From NCBI GenBank assembly GCA_040357565.1, contig JBDODJ010000027.1: DNA of 64,000 nucleotides; one strand, given 5' to 3'. Below, piece after piece: positions 38,858-49,391 of the stretch. Numbering within the stretch: the first letter of the stretch is position 1; each line of letters starts with the position of its first letter. Under the pieces are notes generated by a model that saw only the letters and a list, made by a program, of their open reading frames with translations, was not told where the DNA came from and did not search any database. The stretch comes from Cercozoa sp. M6MM (Eukaryota > Protista > Endomyxa: Ascetosporea). The position numbers and the translations under genes were made by a program.

Positions 38858-40311
38858 CACACACAGCACGCACACACATACACGATACAAGCACATGCGC
38901 TGTGGCATATGACAGGGCGAGGACGTGCTGAAGAAGTTCAACGAAATCGTCGTCGATCGCCGCACGTCTCGGCCACTGCGCAACGTAAGTCGTGCCTATC
39001 ATCCCCTTTGGCAATCGACCTTTTACCCTGCCCCTCTGCCAACAAGTCTACTTTTTGCCTTTATTTACTCTGTTCTTATTTTCCATTTATTCTTTATCTT
39101 GACCTCCCTTGATATAAAGATCCGCATCCGCCGTGCTTTGGTGCTCGAAGACCCCTTCCCAGCAGACGCCGATTTGAATGAAATCAAGAAGCTCATCCGC
39201 GCGGAACGCGTCGAACTGCTCAAACGTCGTCGGAAGGATGATTTCCTGGACTCGGACGATGAGGATGAACTCGAAGGTACCGATACTTGTTTCTTGTATT
39301 TTGTTGTCCACGTGGATGTGCGTTTTGGCGACCAGGCAAGGACGCGGTGGCACGTGCCGAAGTACTCGCCGATCAGGAGGCACGCGCGCGCGCGATTACA
39401 CTGGCCGCGCTGGGTGACCTGCCCGACGCCGATGCTGCTGTAGCCAGCCTCTTCTTTCTATGGTCTGCTTGCTCCGTGCTTTTACTCCTGTCCCTGGTGT
39501 AGCCACCTCCAAACGTGCTGTTCGTGTGCAAGCTGAACCCGGTGACGGAAGACGAGGACCTCGAGATGATCTTCTCGCAGTACGGTCAGGTGCTCAACTG
39601 CGACATCATCAAGGACCGTCGCGACGGTCACTCTCTGGGTACTATGTGGTTATCTCTCTTACCACTTTTATTCCGCTACCCCTTTATCCCTCAGGCTACG
39701 CCTTTGTCGAGTTCGCCGATGAAGAGTGTGCCAACCGTGCCTATGCCGAGATGGACAACCGTCTCATTGATGTAGATACATTATGTCTCATGTGCAACTG
39801 TATCATCGATCCGGCTTAACTCACTGTTGTGCTCGAAAGAACCGTCGCATCAAGGTGGACTTCTCGCAGAGTGTGGCCAAGCAGTGGCGCAAGTACCAGT
39901 CGCAAAAGGCGGCACAGGTCTCCTCCAAGGTGGCGCAACTCATGCCAAACCGGTAGACTCTCTCCTTCCTCTACCCATCCGTTCATTCTCCTGTTTTCCT
40001 TTGTGTTTCCTTCACAGTGAGGAAGAGTACCGCCGACATGAGCGACGCGAGGAACGTCGCCGGCGTGATCGGTAGACTCCATATCTACCTGTGGAATGTG
40101 CACTATGTGAGTACTTGGCGTGTGCAGCGAGCGCGGCGATCGACGTTCCAGATCACGCGATCGGCGTGATCGTCGTAGTGACCATCGCGACCGTCGCCGT
40201 ATTTTTCTTTCAATTCAGAGACTGGGCGATGTCTCACCGCTATCCTTGTCTATGTGATCTCCCTCAGGCCGCTCGAGATCGCGCTCACGTTCGCGTCGCC
40301 GCCGCCGTTGA
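38041..40311 (+). CDS. PPIL4: cyclophilin-RRM peptidyl-prolyl isomerase (PPIL4/CYP59/Rct1)
   Basis: [78 protein letters not shown]-rich tail. Confidence 0.93.
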
Positions 40312-40458
40312 TCTTTACCAACGTCGCCTTGCGTGCTAATTAAGGGGATCAAGCGTGGCGTGTTTCTATTCACGCATCACAACTCACTTCTGTTCCTCTC
40401 ATGGAGTACACAGTCACTTAGCGTACTTGTCGATCTTTTAGGCCTAGCGCGAGTGCCC

Positions 40459-41374
40459 ATGAGTGTAAGCAGTGGTAGCACGCGTATACACACGCTGGCC
40501 CGATGGTTGATCGGCACTTGGCGCCTAGAACGAGTTGTGTCAGATTTGTCGCATGTGCGTTCCCCTCTTGAGTTCGCCAGTTGATATGCTGTGTTTCCGC
40601 GTTTCTTGTTATTTGACACTGCAGAAAGGGATAATGTGCAAGGCGAGCGGCGTTGCGTCCTTCTCGCCGATGCGGTGTCCTGTGCAAATCGATACCGCTG
40701 GCGCCAAGGACGGCACCGCAGACGACCACAATGACCACAGGATAAACCAAGAGGAGCAAAACGCCCAAGATTTCGACGTATTTGACGAAGAGCTCAGGTA
40801 AGCCGGGCATCTCGTTTTTGTTTGTCTTTAGTCTGCATTCTACTGTGAATCACAGCGATCAGGATGAGTGGTTGCTCTACGAGGAGAAGGGCAATGCCAA
40901 CTTTCCACATGGTACTGAGACTTGACCAAAGTGTTGTTGTTGCATGATACCAGCGCTTCCCAGGCACACTTGCATTCACTCAACAATACGCTTACCGATT
41001 CTCGCCACTGCACCCGCTTCGCTTTTCCGTACTTCCCGCGCTAAGCGGCAAGTGCTTTTTGCAGTTTGTGCATCTGTATTTATAGGTTTGGTTCCTGGAG
41101 AATGAAGGCAAGCGAGCACGTTTCTTCCACTACGCCTCCTTGGACAACGACAAGTGTGCAACGGGTGGACACCTTTGCATCAAGGTTTGAATGTTTCGCT
41201 ATCCTGCTGGTACGGCTTGCACTTGCATCTTTGGGTACCACACAGGACGTGTACACGGGCACGTTCACAAAGCACAACGACACGCACTTGCAGTTGCAGT
41301 ACACTGCCAAGGGACCGCACAAGAACTATCTCAGTGACACCTCATTCTTTCGACTAGAAGCGGCAATGTCTTAA
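40459..41374 (+). CDS. DUF6314-like beta-barrel protein
   Basis: LIGTWRLERVV, ASGVASFSP, LLYEEKG, QQYAYRF, VWF..RFFH, HLCIKDVYTGTF, YTAKGPHKNYLSDTSFFR. Confidence 0.7.
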
Positions 41375-41551
41375 TTTACGCGTGCACGATGCTACATCTC
41401 TTTCGTTTCGTTTTACTTAGGTACTGACTGAAACAGACTTTAGTTTGCAGACTTCAAAAAACTATTAAAATAATGACAAAACAATTCACGTTTTTCGTCA
41501 TCGGCCCTGACGGAGACACGGATGACTACTCGAAAATCATGCGAGGTGCGT

Positions 41552-42299
41552 TTAAAGGTCCTCGACCTGCACCGTGGTCGACGGACCGCAGATGTAGTAC
41601 TTGGGCTTGTGGGCACCACCCGAGCGCAGCAGCATTCCGCAAATCTCCTCGGCCGTGAACTGCGCACGCAAAAGATATCATTGAAGGCATGCATGCATGC
41701 ACAGGGCAAACAGGCACGAAACTAGAACACACCGTGTCGAGGTCGGCCTCAACGGTGAGCTGGATGCCGCCGAAGAACTGGTTGCGAACCTGCATCGACT
41801 GAACCGACACACGGGCACTGAAAACACACCACACGGTTTTGTTTATCAAGCACAAACAGGCAGACAGACAAGATGCCGAAGCAATGTTACCGCTTCATGA
41901 CGGAAACGTCAGAGCCGATGTAGACGATGAAAAGCGACTTCTTGCGCTACAAAAGCAACGAGGGTACTGTGGTCACACACATACAATAACAGTATGATCT
42001 TTGTACCTCGCTCTTCACCGAGTTCTGCTCGTCAATGCCCGTGATTTGGAGAGCAGCAAAGTACACCTTGTCCGTGTTCTGCTCAAAGAGCTGCTTCAGC
42101 TCGTCGTAGCCGCCAGTGCCCGAGGCTGCCACGGTGAAGTTGTTCTTGCCTACAGCGCAGAAGATATGTTACCACATATGGTAGTGCAGCACCAAGGAAC
42201 TAGGGTACCCTCCGGCGTGATAGCCACAAAGTTCGTCTCCGTGCGCACGTTCATGACATCCTCGTAAATGGCTTCAAACTCGGGCGACACCGTGACCAT
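41552..42299 (-). CDS. coactosin-like ADF-H actin-binding protein
   Basis: AIYEDV..ETNFV, ASGTGGYDELKQLF, RKKSLFIVYIGSDVSVMKRARVS, RSGGAHKPKYY. Confidence 0.85.
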
Positions 42300-42741
42300 T
42301 GTTATTGTTTTCTGTGCGAAACCAAATACAATCATCACACATCACCAATCACCCATTCGTCAATCAAAGCGCGCGGGTGCGCACGCCCAAAAGGACGAAC
42401 CATGCGCAAAAACAATGTGAGACAAAAGGCACGCTCGCGCGAGACTATCTTTACACGGTTTACCTGACAAACCGGGGACTATGCACCAAAGGAGTGAGGC
42501 AAAAGGCGGATTTGGGCGAGGGAGAGGTGCGAGGGACACGCGCCCCGTGATTTTTTAATCAATTCGATCAAATTGTGCGTCCAAATGGACCAAGGATCAT
42601 CTGAGGGACGTTCCGCACACCCCAGCGTAACACACACGTGTGTACGTGCACTTTAAGGTGGATCAAACGAGCTTTCGCGTGCGAAAGCACATATATTTTT
42701 TGTGACTGCTGCAGGCGTGACTGGAAACGGCAACGTCGAGT

Positions 42742-43810
42742 ATGGTGCTCAAATATGAGTCCTTGATGTCGCAGGTGTCGCGGCGGGCTGCGCTCAAAGA
42801 TACCGAGCGCATCGTGCGCTTCTTTGATGCGAAGTGAGTTTTGTTGATCAGTCGGGTTTTTTTGGGTGCCTTTTGATGCCTGCACACGTCGGCAGGAAGT
42901 TCCTTCAGTTGGCTAAGAATGGCGAGCAATTCTCGCTGCCGGAATGCGTCTCGGTACTGTCTCCGCGCGTTGTTCACAGTATCGAATTGATACTGTGCTT
43001 CTCTACTGCAGGCAGTCAGGGTTTTCGCAGGCAAGACGCGCAGATCACTCACTGCCCAGCGGTATTCCGGGGCGTGATTTCGTAATGCTTTTTCCAACAG
43101 AGCCTTCGTTTGTTGTGCGCAGGTTTAACGGCAAGTACCTCCAGCTCTACAGGTTCAACAACCCGGAGATTGAGATTTCGCGCCACAACATCAGTTTCAT
43201 GAAACCGCACCTGGAACTTGTTTTGCGTATGTCAACTTCTCTCCCCCCCCCAGCCCCCCGCGGGGGGGGGGCGTGACGATTGAATTGTTTGGCACATTTG
43301 TAACAGAGGACGGACGCAAGGTGCAGTTCGTGTTACCCGAAGCACTAGACGACGTGGATAAGATGCAGCGCGAGTTGCGTCAGCACTTGTCGCAGATCGA
43401 TTCAAATCTCGACGATTTGGAGGTACTCTGATGCATGGGGCTTTTGTACCTTTGCATACACACTTCTTGTGTCAACACATGCGCAGAACAATCTCCCAGA
43501 GAACTGGGTGTTGAATGCGGTACGATTTTGTAACCATTGTGTTCTGTCGGTGTGCGAATGTATGTGATTGTGAAGGACATGACTCCGGAAGTCCCACCTC
43601 CTGAGAAGCTTGTACCATCTGTTCTTTCTCATGCGTATTTTGTCCCTTTGAATTTGTTATCTTGGGCCTGTGATAGGAGGAGATGCGACAGCACCGACTC
43701 AAGACGCTGGAAAAACAGAAGGTACTTGTCCGCCTGTGTTGTGCACTCTAGCACTGTGCTGTCATGCCTTTGAACAGGAGCAGCGCAAGCGTCTTCTGGC
43801 TGAAGAGGTA

Positions 43811-43849
<39 letters not shown>

Positions 43850-44102
43850 CGTATGTGCTTTTAATCGTGCTTTCAGGCAAAGAAGGCAGCCGAAATGGAA
43901 GAGTTGCAGAAGCTGCGGGCCGAGGAAGAAGCGCGTCTCGCCCAGGAGGCTGCTTTGGTATGCTTGTGCTGCCCTGCGAGCTTTTTTCCTTTTTCTGGCG
44001 TGATTGTATGCGTACGTATGTCTGTAGGAGAAGGCCAGGAAGCAGCGCGAGCAGCTGGATGCCGCCGTGCAGCAGCGCCGTGCCGCGCGCGAAGTCGAAT
44101 AG
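42742..44102 (+). CDS. putative mitochondrial ribosomal protein (mS25/L51/CI-B8-like domain) with coiled-coil tail
   Basis: SLTAQRFNGKYLQLYRFNNPEIEI..PHLELVLQDGRKV resembles the L51_S25_CI-B8 pattern. E/A/R-rich C-terminus. Confidence 0.5.
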
Positions 44103-44211
44103 GACAGGTCAACCTCGCACACAACGTGTGGTGCTCGGCCGACTAAATCATGCCAACTCAGCCTGAGGCTGTCTCCGCTAATCCCCACGCTTTGTGTGGC
44201 GTGGGCCGGCG

Positions 44212-44629
44212 GCGATACAATAAAATCGTCGCATTCAAAAATTTTTATTTTTTGTACGGTATGTTACAGACTGACTCAGATTATGCAGTCTCCGCGGGGA
44301 TGAATCCAGACAGACCAGTTGGTCTACTATCATTGAAGCAAAAGAAGAGTTAAGAGTTTCGATCGATCAATGAAGATCAATCAATCCCTCCACCCGGACT
44401 CATATCGATTGAAAAACTGTCGAAAATACCATACTGTCAGAACGTTAAAGAGCTCTCAGGAGTTACAGGTGTTAACCAAGGCAAGGAAACCCCTATCTGC
44501 TTCACTGGTATTGTTTCCTGCAGAACGAAAATTGGCGCCAGAGTTTTCGGAGTTTTTGTCGGGTTGTAGGTTTAAAAATGCAAAAGAAGCTCCGGACATG
44601 ACCGAACAGGCGAAAATAGACGGGCGGAT
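44212..44629 (-). ncRNA. structured snRNA-promoter-driven ncRNA; candidate telomerase RNA
   Basis: Same USE and spacing as U4. The 5' ~42 nt pair colinearly with nt ~186-241. U-rich linker followed by AACCUACAACC (44572-44562). 3' multi-hairpin domain, Sm site AAUUUUUGA (44243-44235) and a terminal hairpin. Confidence 0.6.
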
Positions 44630-44690
44630 GCGCGAGCTGCGCCTACCGCAAGTGCTGTTGACCCGATCACAGGTGAACCAGTTTTTTGCG

Positions 44691-44700
44691 TTATGGGTCA
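44691..44700 (-). promoter_or_regulatory. snRNA-type USE upstream of the candidate ncRNA
   Basis: TGACCCATAA on the minus strand, exactly 71 nt upstream of gc|ATCC at 44629, as for U4. Confidence 0.65.
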
Positions 44701-45031
44701 TCCGAACCAGTATTTTAAAGGTTTGTTGTAGCCCCCAAAAGAAGTTGTTGTGGACTTCTTCCACGTCAGTAGATGGAAACATGCGGTTGTTCGATCACTG
44801 TACACGACCCCCGAGGGTTGTTTTCAGGTAACTTTGGGACGTCGCTGGTTTCTCGCGGATGTAAATTTAACATACCACCGCCTTATTGTGCATTAAACTT
44901 AGCTCTGCGTCAGACTGGTGGATGCGCTCGGTGATGTTGCTCATGTCACGTGTGACCTTTTTTCCGAGTGTCTGCGTGCTGCACATGGTATAACTCCATC
45001 ACCACTGATAGTTGAGGTTTCAGTCACAAAC

Positions 45032-46908
45032 TATGGAACAGCCCGAGCACAAGCGGAATGGGACCTCAACTCGCGAATTCGATTGGCGAAACAGACGGGA
45101 AAGCTTCGGTTGTCCGGAGCAATGCTCCTGTCTCCTTGCGACGAATCGGTTCTTTCCGTTCTCTAGTTTCTCTCTCCCTGCAGATTAGTAGGAGTGAATA
45201 TGGTATGCGACTAATCACCAATGCAAGGAGATTGTGTGCAAGGCCAGGTGTCAAAACTGCAACGTGTGATGCGAAAGGTGAAGCGAAAGCTGCCGAGTTT
45301 GCAAGAGCTTGCTGGTACGAGCAAACTGAGTGTCTTTGCTGCGAGCATTATGTCACGCTTAAATGTTCACCCATTCAAACAGTGTCGAATACACCACTTC
45401 ATGTGACACATGCGCTTGCTCTCATTGGCCAAATTAGGGGTTAGTTCTTTGTGGTCGGTCTGATGGAATACCACAACTGAATTTGTCTTTGCCAGAACTG
45501 AATGAACTTCGAGTACTGCACATTCGAGAGTGCGCACTTGATGAAAGCGCTCTTGTCTACTTGTGTCAACAGTGCCCCGCTTCTGTCATCGAGCTGGATA
45601 TCAGGTACCGGACCAGTTATATTCGTCTGCAGTTATTTCCAACTGAACTTCATTTCTTCCAGTGGTCCATTCGGAGGACAAGGCATCCAACAAGCATTGG
45701 ACACACTCACAAAGCGAAACTCGTCAATGAGACTGCGCTCGCTCAGCATACGGAGTGCTTTGCACGAGTGCCGGCCCGATCTTGTAGGTTTTTGTTCAGT
45801 TTCAGTTTGTAAAATTTAGATTTCGGTACACAGCTAAAAATCTATGTCGACTAAAATAGTGGACACCGGAGCGACAGCGACGACGACGACGGGCAGCTTC
45901 GAACTCACACCTCAATGAAGTACAAAACGACTAAAAGGTTGTCTATTTCTGGAATGTATCAGTTGTTCTGTTTTTTAGTGCACGCTCAAGGCCGTGTGCG
46001 ATTTAATGGACGCACATGTGGAAACGCTGTCAACTCTCCGCATCGTCGGTTCCTGGTACATGACGTACTGCGCATATGAAATGTGCCAAAGGGGGTATTT
46101 ACGCTTTTAGGCGACGATGCGGGAAGCAGGACGAACTCCTTCGCGTAAGTTGGGTTCATACAGTGTACGGATATTCCTCGTCTACACAAGTATGCTCAAT
46201 AGAGATACTACGACGCGATCGCTAAAGCAGAAATCTCGCGTCTGGACATCGCATTTCCCTTCTCTTGTGCCGGTATTAAAGTTTCTCGGGCAAATGGCGT
46301 CCGATGTAGAGTTGCGTTTTCCACAGAGCTACTACGCGTGGCACAGACGCCGTCGCTGCTCGAGTTGAGTGCCGTTACTCCGTTGGACGCGCACGCTTAC
46401 ACCTCGGTGCTGACCCAGCGCGTGCAACATCTGCTGCGAGTAAAACTTACACTGCACCTTAAGGCCGGGTTCTTTCTCTAATATTCTGTACTTGTGTACA
46501 GAACAGTCACTTGGCGCACGTGCGAATGCGAAAACATCCTCAGGTTGCGCCTGCTTCTGGTATCAATGTGCTATTTTTCAATCGGAGCAGATATATAAAA
46601 AACACTGTGCAGTCGAAGAACATGAGCGCAGCTTTGTACATGCGTTGCTCAAGGCGCGCGCACTACCGCTTGAGATACTCGACTTGTCGCAGCATACTTC
46701 GCCTGCACATTTGACCGCGACTGCTTCGATAATACAGTGCGAAACACAACGGCTGCTTCGCGAAAACACTGCGTTTGTCGCACGACTCGTCCGACCCAGT
46801 GCTGCAACAGCCGAAGACGAAGAAAACCAACACGTTGTGACCGCATTGCTGTTGCCACACTGCTGCGATGATGTCGCCAGCGTTATTGCCGAATACTGCT
46901 TGGAGTAG
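45032..46908 (+). CDS. leucine-rich-repeat protein (5' end uncertain)
   Basis: LPELNELRVLHIRECAL, VIELDIS, LRSLSI, LPLEILDLSQ. C-terminal LPHCCDDVASVIAEY. Confidence 0.55.
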
Positions 46909-47278
46909 TGTTCGTGCCGCCGCGACCGGCAAAATTGGTTGCTTCAAAATGTTCCACTAGTTTGAGTTTCTCGTTTGTTGAGGGCGGACAGGATCGAATT
47001 GAACAAACTGTCCAATGACGTATACCGTAAATATTGCCACCGTGCCACGGTGAGTCAGCGTAAAGTGCTGTAGTTCGGTTGTGTTGCGCATGCCAACCGA
47101 CGTCAACTAAAGTTGGTCGCGTTCAGTTGGTCGGATGCGATGCGATGTATGGTATAATTATTGCGATGCCTGCAGTTGAAATTGGAAGGAATAAATCAAA
47201 ACCAGCGCTAGATAGCGGCATCAAACGTGCATCGCATGCACGGCAACGCAAATAGCTAGCGTAGCGTGGGGCTGGAGC

Positions 47279-48896
47279 CTACGTATCCCACAACCACGAA
47301 GACTTCGACGACGAGGATGAGGCTGATCTGGCGGAATATGCACCCTCCATTTGCGACTGATCCGGTGAACGCACATCCAAGGAGTGGCTGCTAGCCCGAT
47401 CACCACCGTTTTTGTCGAATGTGAGATCGTTGACCTTCCATAAATCAGTATCGACGACAAGGGACGGTTTTTGTGCTGATCCTGATGATGTTTCTGACCG
47501 TGTTCTTGATGACAGCGTAGGTCGCTGTGTTGGCGCACTCCCGTGCAGCGATTCCACCGAAACACCCCACCTGACGAACACACACACACACACACATGCT
47601 ACGTGTTTTATCTGTGTGTATATTATTGAGTATACATTGGGTGCGAGTTCAAGTCATTGGTGAGAGACAACGGCACAGGTGTTTCCGAGTGACTGTACGG
47701 CTGCGCCTGTTCAAGCTGCTTCTGCAACTGCGCCGCCCTCTCTGATTCCTTGCTGGCCTGCACAAAGGTGATATTGATGTGCACAGACAGAAACAGGCAC
47801 AGGAGCAGGTTAACCTGTGTTTGTGAACGTCGCAGCGCGCCCTTGGACTGCAGTAACTGTTCACGCAGCTCCGTCGTAGTTTCTCTCTCCTGCCAATACA
47901 AACAACCCAGGATGCAGAAGTCTAAGGATTTGAGGAGAAGTGTCGTAGGCAACAAAAGTACTCGCTGCAGCTGCTCAGTGAATCGCTGGATCTCCTCGAC
48001 AGCGTACAAGGCGTCTTCTTCCAGTTGTTGCTTCTTCTACAGATACATAAAGTGGACAGGCAAAAGGAGCAACGGTAGAAGTAAAGGCAAAAATACAAGC
48101 GAAATATCATTAAGCTGAGCAGTCGTCTCGGCGAGTTTGATTTCCAAAATCACCCTCCTCGACTTTTCCTCGTTCAAGTTGCTCCGCAGGCTTTCGATTT
48201 CTTTAGTCGGCTGAGTCGATACTGTTTGCATTCTCGCTGTTTCAGAACGACGCATAGCGTCAGAGAAAGTAGTGTCAAGAGACAGAAGCAAACAAGTACC
48301 ACTAAATAGAGCCTCTGAGCTCCTGCGATTCTCCAATCTGAGTTGCGTGATTTCGTCGCGTAGGCTTTTGTTATCGCAGCGCAACTCGTCATTCTGGTCT
48401 AGCAAATCGTCGACTTCAGGCGACTCATCCATCGCTATGTTTTCAAGCTTGGCTGAACACAAGTTTCAAGCATCGTTGTCAACACGAAAACGACAAGATT
48501 AAAAAGTCAAATCTAAGTTTACCTCGCACGAGTTGGGAAGCGAAACGACGATTCTCAAGTTCGAGCTTTGCATAACGTGCGCGCAATTCGTCTAACTTAA
48601 AACGCAGCTCGTTCAACTCTTCCTCATAATGCTCGGTCAGCGGAGTGCTTGCGTGGAAACTGTTCGTCATGTCGAAACCATGTGCGTCGTTTCCGTGTTC
48701 GCTGGCATCGCTGGTTTCGCTCAGATCGTCCGGTTGAGGCACGAAAACAGCACTCCCAACGTCTAAACCAGCACGTGGTGCGAAGGACTTGCCGTGATTT
48801 ACCTCTTATCACCAGCATGTAGAGGTAGTCAATCTCGCGGTGCGGGCGAAAAATCATTGTACCTGATGGAAGAAAACTAGCGGCAGAAACGTCCAT
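47279..48896 (-). CDS. coiled-coil hypothetical protein
   Basis: Heptad-rich exons (EELNELRFKLDELRARYAKLELEN, NDELRCDNKSLRDEITQLRLEN). Confidence 0.55.
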
Positions 48897-49041
48897 GGGA
48901 CTCGCCCAATGGTATGCACACGTACTAGCACTGGCCAGCTTTGTCCGTAGGCGCTGTTAGCTCTTGCGATTTGTACAGTACAGAATATTAAAAGTCTTTC
49001 GCGGGAAAACACAACATTAAGAAAACGACGCAACGCCTACA

Positions 49042-49326
49042 GTGACACTCGTTCGGTTACACCGCACACACATTTACGCGATGGAAGCCGAGCTGCTCCT
49101 GGCCGAGCTGGTGTCACTGTGCTCACTTTCACTCGGCGACTCGTCAACCGAGTGCAGGCGCTCGCGTTGGTTTTCCTCGATGGCCGCCAAGGCACTAGTG
49201 GCATTAGTCGGGTCAAATATTATATATATATATATATATATATAATTCAGTTACCTCTCGAGGGATTGGCGGGCCACGACGTCGAGTGACTCTTGCTGCA
49301 ACTCCTGCGGTGTCTGCGACATACAC

Positions 49327-49391
<65 letters not shown>

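Noticed and set aside
44495-44525. CAGG...AGCAG as SRP RNA helix 8, or RNase P/MRP identity for the 44.2-44.6 kb RNA
   Set aside because: The spacer lacks the short stem plus GNRA loop, there is no Alu domain and no complementary CR-I/CR-V P4 strands, and internal T5 runs are incompatible with Pol III.
44370-44831. 153-aa plus-strand ORF over the candidate ncRNA
   Set aside because: It has no recognisable motifs, no introns and AT-richer composition than local exons. The promoter and G-U pair orientation favour a minus-strand RNA.
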